Assembly (NCBI GenBank): GCA_020056635.1
Contig: JAGVHI010000018.1
Coordinates: forward strand, 1-60,821
Direction of reading: 5' to 3'
DNA: 60,821 bases
From: an archaeon
GTDB taxonomy: Archaea > Micrarchaeota > Micrarchaeia > Anstonellales > Anstonellaceae
How positions within the stretch are numbered: position 1 is the first letter of the stretch; every line of letters begins with the position of its first letter. The notes under the pieces were generated by a model that was not told where the DNA came from, did not search any database, and saw nothing but the letters and a program-made list of their open reading frames with translations. Shown here piece by piece: positions 18,838-28,016 of this stretch. A program made the translations under genes and the position numbers.

Positions 18838-20232
18838 TTGGATGGCAGTTGCACAGACTCCGCAGAGAACCAGAATGACAAGGGAGCAGATAAGATAAGA
18901 GCATTTGAGAATGAATTTTGCAGGTTTGGGCTGGGGGCGCGTCCCACGCTTGAAGTGACAGACCCTATAATTAAGACTCGGATTCGGGATGAAGAAACGC
19001 GCCAGCGGGTGACGCTTGGGCTGATACCTTCAGAGAACATCGCATCGTCCGCAGTATTCGAGGCCGTTGGGAGCATTTTAATGTCGAAATATGCCGAAGG
19101 GCTTCCGGACGCTAGATATTATCCGGGCTGCGGGGTTGTAGACCAAGTTGAGAACACCGCGATAGAGAGGGCAAAGAGCGCATTTGGGGTGAAGTTTGCA
19201 AACGTGCAGCCGCATGCAGGCGCACAGGCAAACATGGCTGCTTATGCAGGCATCATAAAATACCGGAAACTGGGCAAAGAGCCGCTAAAGAATTTCAGGG
19301 TTCTTGGGCTCGACTTGAAAAATGGGGGGCACTTGACTCATGGAGCAAAAGTCAATTTTTCAGGCAGCTGGTTCGCTTCGTTCACTTATGAAGTGGACCC
19401 GGAAACGCAGAGGTTCAATTTTGACAGGATAGCGGCGCAAGCGCTTGAGGTGAAGCCGCACGTAATAGTTGCAGGAGCAACTGCATACCCCTGCGTTATT
19501 GATTTTGGAAAATTCCGCGAAATTGCAGACTCTGCGGGCGCGCTTTTGATGGTTGATATGGCGCATATAGCTGGATTGATTGCAGGTGGGGCGCACCCAA
19601 GCCCAGTCCCATATGCGGATATAATCACGAGCACCACGCACAAGACATTGCGCGGCACTAGGGGAGGGATGGTGCTTGTCCCTTCCAATGAGGAACTTGC
19701 AGCGGCAGTCAACAAGGCAGTTTTCCCCTTCCTGCAGGGCGGCCCGCTGATGCATGAGATTGCAGGGAAAGCGGTAGCTCTCCGCGAGGCCAGTGAGCCG
19801 GAATTCGCAGCATACGCACAGGCAATAGTGCAGAATTCCAGGGTGCTTGCAGAAAGCCTTCTTGGGCATGGGTTTAGGCTTGTTGCCGGCGGCAGCGAAA
19901 ACCATCTCATGCTGATTGACCTGCGGGAAACTGAAATGACCGGGAAACAGGCACAGGATGCGCTTCAGGAGGCAGGCATAATAGCGAACATGAATACTGT
20001 GCCTGGAGACCCGCGCAAGGCGGATGAAACTTCAGGAGTCCGGCTCGGGACTCCGCTTGTAACTACTAGGGGAATGGGCCCGGATGAGATGAAGAGCATA
20101 GCCGGTTTCATAAAGGAAGTGCTTGCCAATCCGATTGAGCAAACGATTAGAAGGGTAAGGGCCGACGTTGGGGAATTTGCCTCCTCTTTCCCGCTGTTCC
20201 ACCCCGAATGGATTGGCTTGCCGGTTGAATAG
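18838..20232 (+). CDS. glyA: Serine hydroxymethyltransferase, copy 1 (5' end possibly frameshifted)
   Basis: [35 protein letters not shown]. Confidence 0.88.
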   Translation: MDGSCTDSAENQNDKGADKIRAFENEFCRFGLGARPTLEVTDPIIKTRIRDEETRQRVTLGLIPSENIASSAVFEAVGSILMSKYAEGLPDARYYPGCGVVDQVENTAIERAKSAFGVKFANVQPHAGAQANMAAYAGIIKYRKLGKEPLKNFRVLGLDLKNGGHLTHGAKVNFSGSWFASFTYEVDPETQRFNFDRIAAQALEVKPHVIVAGATAYPCVIDFGKFREIADSAGALLMVDMAHIAGLIAGGAHPSPVPYADIITSTTHKTLRGTRGGMVLVPSNEELAAAVNKAVFPFLQGGPLMHEIAGKAVALREASEPEFAAYAQAIVQNSRVLAESLLGHGFRLVAGGSENHLMLIDLRETEMTGKQAQDALQEAGIIANMNTVPGDPRKADETSGVRLGTPLVTTRGMGPDEMKSIAGFIKEVLANPIEQTIRRVRADVGEFASSFPLFHPEWIGLPVE

Positions 20233-20275
20233 CGGAAGTTATAAACCTTGATTAGGAAATCTTTTAGTGGGATTC

Positions 20276-21523
20276 ATGGCATCATTCCTCCAGAGCACTG
20301 ACCCTGCGATTTATGATATTGCGAGAAAGGAGCTTGCGCGCCAGCGCACCGGGCTTGAGATGATCCCATCGGAGAATTTCTGCTCGCTTGCGGTGATGGA
20401 AGCGCAGGGAAGCGTGCTCACGAACAAGTATTCTGAGGGGTATCCGGGAAAAAGGTATTACGGCGGGAACGAGTTCATAGACCAGTCCGAATCGCTTGCA
20501 ATCGAGCGGGCGAAGAAACTTTTTGGCGCGTTTGCGGCAAACGTGCAGCCGCATGCAGGCTCGCAAGCGAATATGGCAGCATACTTTGCAGCATTGGAGG
20601 TCGGGCAGTCGATAATGGGCTTGAACCTCTCGCATGGCGGGCATTTGACACATGGAAGCCCGGTCAATTTTTCCGGGAAATGGTACAAAATCGTTGCGTA
20701 TAATGTTGAAAAGGAGACGCATTTGCTTGATTATGATGCGATAAAAAAGCAGGCAATTGAGCAAAAGCCGAACCTCATTCTCTGCGGTTATACTGCTTAC
20801 CCGAGGACGATTGATTTTGCGGCATTTAGGGAAATTGCGGATGCGTGCGGCGCAATCCTGATGACCGATATGGCGCACATTGCAGGATTGGTTGCGGGGG
20901 GGGCGCACCCAAATCCGATTCCCTACTCAGATATTGTAACCAGCACCACGCACAAAACGCTGCGTGGCCCGAGGGGTGCGATTATACTTTCCACTGAGAA
21001 GTTTGCGCAAAAAGTGGATAAGGCTGTTTTCCCTGGATTGCAGGGGGGCCCGTTCGAGCATGCGATTGCCGCGAAGGCGGTTTGCTTCCACGAGGCATTG
21101 CAGCCGGAATTTGCAACTTATGCACAAGCAATTGTTTCAAATGCAAAAGCGCTTGCGGATGAGCTCATGGCAAACGGATTCACACTTGTTTCAGGCGGAA
21201 CGGATAACCATTTGCTCCTAATAGACCTTACGAAAAAAGGGATTACTGGGAAGGAGGCGCAGCTTGCGCTTGATGAGGCGGGGATTACAGTGAACAAGAA
21301 TACGATCCCGTATGACACGCAATCCCCGTTCATCACTTCAGGGATAAGGTTGGGAACGCCCGCGCTCACCACAAGGGGAATGGGAAAGCAGGAGATGGCC
21401 GTGATAGCATCCCTGATGGCGCGAGTGATTTCAAACCCGAGCGATGCTGCAATGAAGCAGAAGGTGCGCGAGGAAGTGAAAGAACTCGCCATGCGGTTCC
21501 CGCTTTACCCTGAATTAGGCTAG
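20276..21523 (+). CDS. glyA: Serine hydroxymethyltransferase, copy 2
   Basis: [33 protein letters not shown]. Confidence 0.96.
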   Translation: MASFLQSTDPAIYDIARKELARQRTGLEMIPSENFCSLAVMEAQGSVLTNKYSEGYPGKRYYGGNEFIDQSESLAIERAKKLFGAFAANVQPHAGSQANMAAYFAALEVGQSIMGLNLSHGGHLTHGSPVNFSGKWYKIVAYNVEKETHLLDYDAIKKQAIEQKPNLILCGYTAYPRTIDFAAFREIADACGAILMTDMAHIAGLVAGGAHPNPIPYSDIVTSTTHKTLRGPRGAIILSTEKFAQKVDKAVFPGLQGGPFEHAIAAKAVCFHEALQPEFATYAQAIVSNAKALADELMANGFTLVSGGTDNHLLLIDLTKKGITGKEAQLALDEAGITVNKNTIPYDTQSPFITSGIRLGTPALTTRGMGKQEMAVIASLMARVISNPSDAAMKQKVREEVKELAMRFPLYPELG

Positions 21524-21556
21524 GGGTTAATATTTGGGCTCGTAAAAGTTCTCCTT

Positions 21557-21877
21557 ATGCAAACAGCGCAGGCACAAAAACCCGTGAAGGAAATAGTTTC
21601 AGAAAGAGTTTCAGTTCTTCTCTCGCTAGCTGAAAAAATATCGGATTCGAACCCCGAGCGCGCAAAAAGGTATATTGCGATCATGCGCGCGCTTTGCAAA
21701 AGGCACAATTACAGGCTGCCAAAAGAGATGAAACTGAAGTTCTGCAAAAAATGCGGCGCGTACTGGAAGGCAGGAAAAACAGCGAGAGTAAGATTGAATA
21801 AGAGAACAAAATGTGCGGAGTATGTTTGTATTTTGTGCGGGGCGAAGCGGACGCTAAGCTATGCGAAAAAAGCCTGA
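21557..21877 (+). CDS. rnp4: RNase P protein Rpp21
   Basis: A.RY helix, FCKKC...RVRL...CILCG zinc ribbon. Confidence 0.88.
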   Translation: MQTAQAQKPVKEIVSERVSVLLSLAEKISDSNPERAKRYIAIMRALCKRHNYRLPKEMKLKFCKKCGAYWKAGKTARVRLNKRTKCAEYVCILCGAKRTLSYAKKA

Positions 21878-21932
21878 GCCGCCATAGCGCTTGCGCTGAT
21901 TCAAAAAGAAAAACTGAAAAGAAAGAAAAAAA

Positions 21933-22670
21933 TCAAGCCCGCTTCCCGAGAAGCGCAAGCTCCTTTGAGACCAGCTCTTCAAGCACTTCCTTCGCAATGA
22001 CCCTTCTTCCGCCGATTTTCTCGTGCGGTATGCGGTTGCGGTCAAGCCTGCGCTCGAACGCGTTGCGCTTTATCTTAACGCCTTTCTTGAGCATGGTCCC
22101 GACAGCCTGGCTCACATCGTAGTAGTTCTTGTTGATGTAGCATAGGCCTTCAATCGCTTCGCGGGGCACCCAGCGCTGCGTCCCAATTTTTATCGAGGGG
22201 ATTGATGCCTTCTCAATCCTGCCGATGAAAGCGCGGAAGTTGATGTCCTCGGTCCGCTTAAGCTCGTTGTATGCCTGCTTCACAGAGTAGTAGTCGCGGT
22301 GAAGCGAAATCCAATCGTGTATGGTGTGCCTTGGGATAAGCCTTTTCTTGCCTATTTTCTCGGAGCGTATTGAGCGCCTCTCCACACGGCCCCCGAATGC
22401 CCTAAACGAGATTGGGATGCCCGCCTTTTTGACCTCCTCGTACGCCTCTTCGATTGTAAGCAGGCCCATGTTCCGCGCCTGTTCGCGCTCAAGCCGCTTT
22501 TGCGTTGAAAGCTCCTGCGCCTGCAAAACAACGGCTGAAATTGATTCGTGGAGCTTCTCCTCCACCTTTGCGCGCCGCTCGACCATGTCAGGTATCTTTA
22601 TTGCCTTGACTTTAGTGATGACGGGGTCTTTGACTGGCCTCTCTATGACTATTTTTTTGCCGCGGGGCAT
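21933..22670 (-). CDS. DNA-binding protein with three tandem excisionase/MerR-like HTH domains
   Basis: Three units of about 55 aa: (L/Y)(T/S/D)(I/V).(E/Q)A...AF..R.....I...KIG..R.(I/V). Confidence 0.75.
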   Translation of the reverse strand: MPRGKKIVIERPVKDPVITKVKAIKIPDMVERRAKVEEKLHESISAVVLQAQELSTQKRLEREQARNMGLLTIEEAYEEVKKAGIPISFRAFGGRVERRSIRSEKIGKKRLIPRHTIHDWISLHRDYYSVKQAYNELKRTEDINFRAFIGRIEKASIPSIKIGTQRWVPREAIEGLCYINKNYYDVSQAVGTMLKKGVKIKRNAFERRLDRNRIPHEKIGGRRVIAKEVLEELVSKELALLGKRA

Positions 22671-22902
22671 ACTGGGTCACCTTCATGGCGGAATAATATC
22701 CAACTACTTTTTACCACCATACTTATACATGATACTATTCATAAAGCTTTCGGTATCTTCGCCTATTGGCATCGGTAAATTGTCCCAGTATATTTAAAAA
22801 GATTGGTTCAAAGAGCTCAGATGGTATTTCATGTGAATGATAAACAGGTGGATGCGAAAAGTTTTCCGTCAACGCTTTTGCGAGCGAGCGCAGAGCGGGA
22901 GC

Positions 22903-22958
22903 GACCGGAAAACGCCGAAGCGTTTCACGGGCGTATTCCTGCGAAGCAGGAATCACGA
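22903..22958 (+). repeat. Family-1 hairpin element
   Basis: GACCGGAAAACGCCGAAGCGTTTCACGGGCGTATTCCTGCGAAGCAGGAATCACGA; related copies at 25235 and 33583. Confidence 0.75.
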
Positions 22959-22967
22959 GCAAAAGGG

Positions 22968-23747
22968 TTGCGTGTGGAGGTTGAATTGGATGTGCGCAGG
23001 AGCGCCATGGAAAACGCTTCCGCCTGCTTTGAGCTTGCAAAAAAAGCCGCCGCGAAGAGAAACGGGGCAAGAGAGGCCATTGAAAAAACGCAAAAGGAGA
23101 TTGCGCAGGCAAAAGAAGGGGCGCTAGTAGAGGGAGCGAAGGCAAAGGGCATCAAAATGAAGCGCAAGCGCGAGTGGTTTGAGGCTTTCCGGTGGTTCTA
23201 TACCTCGGGCGGCAGGCTGGTTCTTGCAGGAAGGGATGCAAAGCAGAACGATTTGCTTTATGCAAGGCACCTTGAGGATGGCGATTTGTTCTTCCATGCG
23301 GACATACAGGGCGCGCCTGCGGTTGTGCTCAAAGACGGCGCAAAGGCGGGCGATGGGGAGAAGCTGCAGGCGGCAAAATTCGCAGCCTCGTTTTCCTCTG
23401 CCTGGAAAATTGGCGCAGCAGAAGTTGATTCGTATTGTGTGAAAAAATCGCAGCTTGGCAAGCATGCGCAAGGGGGCTTTGTAGGCAAGGGGGGGTTTGC
23501 GATAGAGGGCGCAAGGGAATGGTTCAGGAAAATGAAAATTGAAACATATATTGGATTGCAAAGGGGGCTTGTGGCTTGCGCGCCAGAGCAAGGGCTGCTG
23601 GAAAAGGCGATAAGGGTATTGCCAGGCGGGGACGAGAAGGGCAGGGCGGCAAAATTCCTCGCAAAGAAGCTCTCGTGTGATGAGAGCGATGTCCTGTCAG
23701 CCCTTCCGAGCGGGAAAATAAAGATAATGCTTCTTGGGGAAAAATGA
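22968..23747 (+). CDS. NFACT-R (DUF814) RNA-binding protein, Rqc2/NEMF C-terminal-like
   Basis: WFEAFRWF...LAGRDAKQND, FFHADIQGAP, S.AWK; start uncertain. Confidence 0.85.
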   Translation: MRVEVELDVRRSAMENASACFELAKKAAAKRNGAREAIEKTQKEIAQAKEGALVEGAKAKGIKMKRKREWFEAFRWFYTSGGRLVLAGRDAKQNDLLYARHLEDGDLFFHADIQGAPAVVLKDGAKAGDGEKLQAAKFAASFSSAWKIGAAEVDSYCVKKSQLGKHAQGGFVGKGGFAIEGAREWFRKMKIETYIGLQRGLVACAPEQGLLEKAIRVLPGGDEKGRAAKFLAKKLSCDESDVLSALPSGKIKIMLLGEK

Positions 23748-23762
23748 GCCTGGGCTGTTTTT

Positions 23763-24311
23763 ATGGAACCAATATTCCAGGGAATACTGCTATTGCGCGA
23801 CGGGCGCGACCTGTGCTCGAACGCCTATGTGGTGAGGGCGAGGGACGGGAGCGAGAAAATATTGCTCGTTGATTCGGGGGATGGGAAATTGGAGGGCGTT
23901 GCAGGGCTGGAGCCTGAGCTCGTGCTCCTCACGCACGGGCATTTCGACCATACAGGTGGCGTAAAAAAAAGGTGGAGGGCGCTCCTGCACGAGGGGGATT
24001 TTTTAGGGGACAGGTTCATACGCGCGCCTGCTCATGCGGAAAAATACCCCCTTGAGATGCGGGTGAGGTGGAGGGATTGGAATTTTGAAATAATCCACAC
24101 GCCCGGGCACACCCCAGGGAGCGTTAGCATATTTGAGAGGAAGAGCGGCGTGCTGTTCTCCGGTGACACGCTCTTCTCAGAAGGGATTTTGGGCAGGACG
24201 GACCTTGGGTTCGGGTCGCAGGAGCAGATTGAGCAAAGCAGGGATGATTTGCTGGCGCTTGACTATTCCGTGCTCTGCCCTGGGCACGATGGGATAGAGA
24301 GGAGGAGATAG
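23763..24311 (+). CDS. MBL-fold metallo-hydrolase (glyoxalase II-like)
   Basis: THGHFDH, HTPGHT, SGDTLF, PGH. Confidence 0.9.
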   Translation: MEPIFQGILLLRDGRDLCSNAYVVRARDGSEKILLVDSGDGKLEGVAGLEPELVLLTHGHFDHTGGVKKRWRALLHEGDFLGDRFIRAPAHAEKYPLEMRVRWRDWNFEIIHTPGHTPGSVSIFERKSGVLFSGDTLFSEGILGRTDLGFGSQEQIEQSRDDLLALDYSVLCPGHDGIERRR

Positions 24312-24342
24312 GAAAACAGGCTTTGGAAGAGGGGGATAAAAA

Positions 24343-24987
24343 ATGAAAATACCAAGAGAGTCACATGAGAAATTGCAAAGCTCGTACAAGGAGCAAAAGC
24401 AAAAAATAATTGAGAGGCTTGCCCATTTCGAATCAGTCGGGAAGCTGCCCCGCGAAAAACTCTTTGAGGAGTTTACTTTCTGCATCTTCACCCCGCAGTC
24501 GAAAGCGCTTGCATGCGATGCGGCTGTGAAAAGGCTGTGCGAAAAGGAGCTCCTCAATTCCGGGAAAGAAGAGGAGATTGCCCCGCATCTTTGCGAGCTT
24601 GGGGTGCGGTTCCATAGGAACAAGGCACGGTACCTTGTGAAGGCGCGATTGGAGTTCGACGAGCACATGCAGGCTGTTGAGGGCGCGGAGGACGATTTCG
24701 TGGCGCGCAACTACCTTGCGGACAACGTGCTTGGGTTCGGGCACAAGGAAGCCGGGCATTTTTTGAGGAACATAGGGCGCGCAAGAAGGATTGCGATACT
24801 GGACAGGCACATACTGAAAAACCTGAAATTACACGGGGCGATAAGGGAGATCCCAAAAAGCCTGAGCAGGAAAAAATATTTCGAGATTGAGAGGAAGATG
24901 CAGGAGTTTTCCCAGGCGCTAGGGATTGACATGCAGCATGTGGACTTGCTTTTCTGGTCCGCGGAAACCGGCGGGATTTTCAAGTAG
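24343..24987 (+). CDS. ogg: 8-oxoguanine N-glycosylase/DNA lyase (OGG2 type)
   Basis: FCIFTPQS, RFHRNKA, GFGHKEAGHFLRNIG, ILDRHIL, DLLFW..ETG.IFK. Confidence 0.9.
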   Translation: MKIPRESHEKLQSSYKEQKQKIIERLAHFESVGKLPREKLFEEFTFCIFTPQSKALACDAAVKRLCEKELLNSGKEEEIAPHLCELGVRFHRNKARYLVKARLEFDEHMQAVEGAEDDFVARNYLADNVLGFGHKEAGHFLRNIGRARRIAILDRHILKNLKLHGAIREIPKSLSRKKYFEIERKMQEFSQALGIDMQHVDLLFWSAETGGIFK

Positions 24988-25033
24988 GCGATTCTTTTTA
25001 TACCCGCGATTGCCAATTGGCGTGAGTTGAAAA

Positions 25034-25378
25034 ATGGCAGAGGAAGAGAAAAAATCCGCGTGGGTGGACAAGGGCATATGCATCGGCTGCTGCCTGTGCG
25101 CCAGCCTTGCCCCAGGAGTCTACCGCATGAGGCAGGCGGACGGAAAAAGCGAGGTATACAACCCAGACGGGGCGTCCGTTGCCGAGGTGCAGAACACAAT
25201 TAGTTCCTGCCCTGTGGCCGCGATATCGTGGCAGGACCGGAAAACCGACGGCAGCTTTGCTGCCGGACGTATTTCGCGAAGCGAAATCACGGAAGGCTTT
25301 ACAGGCGTATCACGAAGCGATCACGAGAGGAAAAAGGTTGAAGAAGACATAGCGCAGCAGAAGGAGGAGGGCAGATGA
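25034..25378 (+). CDS. Single-cluster ferredoxin with an element-derived C-terminal insert
   Basis: CIGCCLC...CPVAAI. Confidence 0.85.
   Translation: MAEEEKKSAWVDKGICIGCCLCASLAPGVYRMRQADGKSEVYNPDGASVAEVQNTISSCPVAAISWQDRKTDGSFAAGRISRSEITEGFTGVSRSDHERKKVEEDIAQQKEEGR
25235..25326 (+). repeat. Family-1 hairpin element containing a nested second copy, in-frame in ferredoxin
   Basis: GACCGGAAAACCGA[CGGCAGCTTTGCTGCCGGACGTATTTCGCGAAGCGAAATCACGGA]AGGCTTTACAGGCGTATCACGAAGCGATCACGA. Confidence 0.75.
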
Positions 25379-26076
25379 GCGTGCGGGCTAAGGCAGCGTT
25401 TGCAGCAGTGCTGGTTGTTCTCCTTTTGGGATGCGTCATCCTGCCCCCTCCTAAGCCCGAGGTCAAGCAGAATGGTGGGGTGCAGGGCAATGTTTCCGTA
25501 GAGGAGATCGCAGCCCAGGAGCGTGCGCTTGCCGCGTTCAAGGAGGTTGCAGGAAAGAGGGCGCAACTTGCTTACAAGGCGGTATATTTTTCCAGCAGCG
25601 GCAACCAGAGTTCCGAGCAGACATGGTATGTGAAGCAGCCAACGCAGAAGGTGGAGGACAGGCTAAGCCCGAACAGCAGGATTATGGTCCTTGAGGATGG
25701 CGCAGCGTCGTATAGGTGCGATGCAGACGAGCTCGATGAGGTATGCTTCCGCATGCCAGCAGGCTCGATTGAGATGCTTCGGCCAGAAACCCTGCGCCAC
25801 GAGCTTGCTGCAGTGAGGTCGCCTGACCTTTTCAAGGTGCTTTTGGCTGGTTCCGCCCCAAGCTCTGTAGGAGAGCTGGCGGCGCAATGCTTCACTCTTA
25901 TTTCCACAGGCTCCAAGATGATTGCGTGCTACACAGCAGAAGGGGTCCCCTCGTACATAAAGCTCGAGGGCGCCGGGGCGGTGAGCGAAACGATGCTTCG
26001 CGCCACAAGCCCGGCAAGCGACTCGGACTTTGCGCCGCCTGCACAAATACAGCAGGAGCTGCCCGGTGCAGGATAG
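25375..26076 (+). CDS. Putative lipoprotein, paralogue of 58046 and 58923
   Basis: LLGC lipobox-like; CF...CYTAEGVPSYIK...DSDFAPPA. Confidence 0.75.
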   Translation: MSVRAKAAFAAVLVVLLLGCVILPPPKPEVKQNGGVQGNVSVEEIAAQERALAAFKEVAGKRAQLAYKAVYFSSSGNQSSEQTWYVKQPTQKVEDRLSPNSRIMVLEDGAASYRCDADELDEVCFRMPAGSIEMLRPETLRHELAAVRSPDLFKVLLAGSAPSSVGELAAQCFTLISTGSKMIACYTAEGVPSYIKLEGAGAVSETMLRATSPASDSDFAPPAQIQQELPGAG

Positions 26077-26091
26077 CTGCAAAATTAGGCT

Positions 26092-26853
26092 TCATTTTTT
26101 GCGTGCATTGTGCACAGCATCTGCAATCGCAGCCATGTTCGCCTTCTGCTCAAGCGCGGTGCCTATCTGGACAATGTCGCCCCCTGTTGCGATTATCGAT
26201 TTTGCCTGCTCTGGCGTCCGGATGCCGCCCGCGACTATGTAAGGGACATCAATTGCGGATGCAACTGCCTTGACCATCTCAAGGGGCACGTGCCCCTCTT
26301 TTGGGTTGCTGCCCGTGTCAGTGAGCACAAAGCGGTCTCCCGAGTACTGCGCGGCAAGCGCAAGCGCGGCTGCAATTTGCGGCTTTTCGCGCGGGACAAG
26401 ATTCACATCCCCGACCCAGCCGACCGTTCCACCGGGCGACACTACAATGTAGCCCACCGGGAGCGGCTCGACTTTCATCTGCGCCACAGTGCTTGCGGCA
26501 AGCATCTGCGCCTGCGAAATCCAATACGGGTTCCGCGAGTTTAGGAGAGTCATGAAATAGATCGCATCCGCATATTTTGTGACTGTTGATATGTTTCCCG
26601 GGAAAAGCACCACCGGGACGCTTGCATGGGACTTGATTTCCTTGGCAACGGTGTCGAGAAGCTCGCCCTGCACCCCCATGCTCCCGCCTATCAGAACTAC
26701 ATCCGCCCCGGCATCCGCGGAGTATTTGCCGGATTTTATCGCAAGCTCTGGGGACTTGTAATCCACCGGGTCGACTAGCGAGAAGAGAAGCCCGCTCTTC
26801 TTCTCCAGAGACTCAAGAATGTATTTTTCCGTCTTTCCGATTTGCATGTACAT
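26092..26853 (-). CDS. Geranylgeranylglyceryl phosphate synthase
   Basis: LVDP, IGGS, PVVLFPG, LLNSRNPYWI, YIVVSPG, IVAGGIR. Confidence 0.9.
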   Translation of the reverse strand: MYMQIGKTEKYILESLEKKSGLLFSLVDPVDYKSPELAIKSGKYSADAGADVVLIGGSMGVQGELLDTVAKEIKSHASVPVVLFPGNISTVTKYADAIYFMTLLNSRNPYWISQAQMLAASTVAQMKVEPLPVGYIVVSPGGTVGWVGDVNLVPREKPQIAAALALAAQYSGDRFVLTDTGSNPKEGHVPLEMVKAVASAIDVPYIVAGGIRTPEQAKSIIATGGDIVQIGTALEQKANMAAIADAVHNARKK

Positions 26854-26859
26854 CCCCCG

Positions 26860-27966
26860 CTATTTCACAATTCCCTCGCTTTTGAGGAACTCCCCTGCCA
26901 TTTGGTTTATCCCGTCACCCAATTTAACCCTTGCCGTCCAGCCCAATTTTTTTTGCGCACGGGCGGGCGAGATTCGCCTGTCGGAAGAGAGTATTTCCAC
27001 GTACTCGGGCTGCATTTTAGGCCGCTTGCCAAAAAGCCTAGCGCCATGCGCCATGGCGCTTGCGGCAACCCACGCAAGCCTTGCATCCGTATGCCTTGTG
27101 GGGGGGGCTGCGCCCACCGCTTCTGCCGCAAGCTTGAGGATTTGAGATTGCGATAGGGTTTCATTCTGCACAATATTGTAAATTTCCATCCCGGGCGTGC
27201 AGCTTTTCGCTCCAGCCGCAAGCATGATTGCATCCGCAACATCGTCCGCATGCACGAATGGGATTATGTTGCCGCCTGCGCCAAGTATGCGCATTTTGCC
27301 TTTTTTTAGCATCCGGAAAACCGCCATGTACCCGTCGTTGAACCCAGGGCCGTAGACCACTCCTATACGAAGCGCGGTTATGCGCATTCTGCTTGAGAAG
27401 TTGGATGCCGACTGCTCGGAAGCAAGCTTGCTTGCCCCGTAATCCGTGGTGGGAACGGTTGGGGAATTTTCGTCTATTTTCTCCCCTGCGATGTTCTTGC
27501 CATAAACAGAAATCGAGCTTGCGAGTATGAAGTGCTTCACTCCGGCATCTGAGGCTGCGTTTGCGATGTTTTCCGTCCCTGTGGAGTTTATTGCAAATAG
27601 TTTTTCCCGGCCGCCCATGAAATCAAGCGAGGCTGCAAGGTGAATTACTGTATCCACCCCCTTGCAAGCGCCAGAAAGCGATTTTGCATCAGTGACATCG
27701 CCAACGAACGGCTCAACGCCCTTTTGGAGCAGGTGCTCGTTTCCTTGGACGCGCCAACCACTTTCGCGAGCGGCTAAAAAACCATCTTGCACCTTCGGTG
27801 CAAGCTCGTAAAGCCGCTTCGCAGCTTTCCAACCGCTCACTCGACCCTGCGAAAAACCCGTCATCGCGCCCTTCCGCACTAGCGCCCTTGTTTTGAATCC
27901 CTTTTGCAGCAGCCTGCGGCAAACAGCCTGGCCTAGCCTGCCTGTTGCCCCGGTGACAAGGATCAT
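26860..27966 (-). CDS. NAD-dependent epimerase/dehydratase with a 41-aa element-derived insert
   Basis: ILVTGATGRLG, VIHLAA, SSISVYG, YGASK. Confidence 0.9.
   Translation of the reverse strand: MILVTGATGRLGQAVCRRLLQKGFKTRALVRKGAMTGFSQGRVSGWKAAKRLYELAPKVQDGFLAARESGWRVQGNEHLLQKGVEPFVGDVTDAKSLSGACKGVDTVIHLAASLDFMGGREKLFAINSTGTENIANAASDAGVKHFILASSISVYGKNIAGEKIDENSPTVPTTDYGASKLASEQSASNFSSRMRITALRIGVVYGPGFNDGYMAVFRMLKKGKMRILGAGGNIIPFVHADDVADAIMLAAGAKSCTPGMEIYNIVQNETLSQSQILKLAAEAVGAAPPTRHTDARLAWVAASAMAHGARLFGKRPKMQPEYVEILSSDRRISPARAQKKLGWTARVKLGDGINQMAGEFLKSEGIVK
27748..27870 (-). repeat. Family-2 39-nt hairpin element interrupted by an 84-nt branched hairpin
   Basis: GGCGCGATGACGGGTTTTTCGCAGGGT[84 nt]GGTTGGCGCGTC; related to 53380 and 60216. 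Confidence 0.75.
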
Positions 27967-28016
27967 GGATTGGTTTCTCGTTTGGTATTTAAATCCCAAG
28001 CGGGAAAGGTGCCAGT

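Noticed and set aside
22853-22972. Hairpin insert as a BHB-spliced mRNA intron
   Set aside because: The only BHB-like fold I found is weak and its cut sites would not restore the frame; not excluded without RNA data
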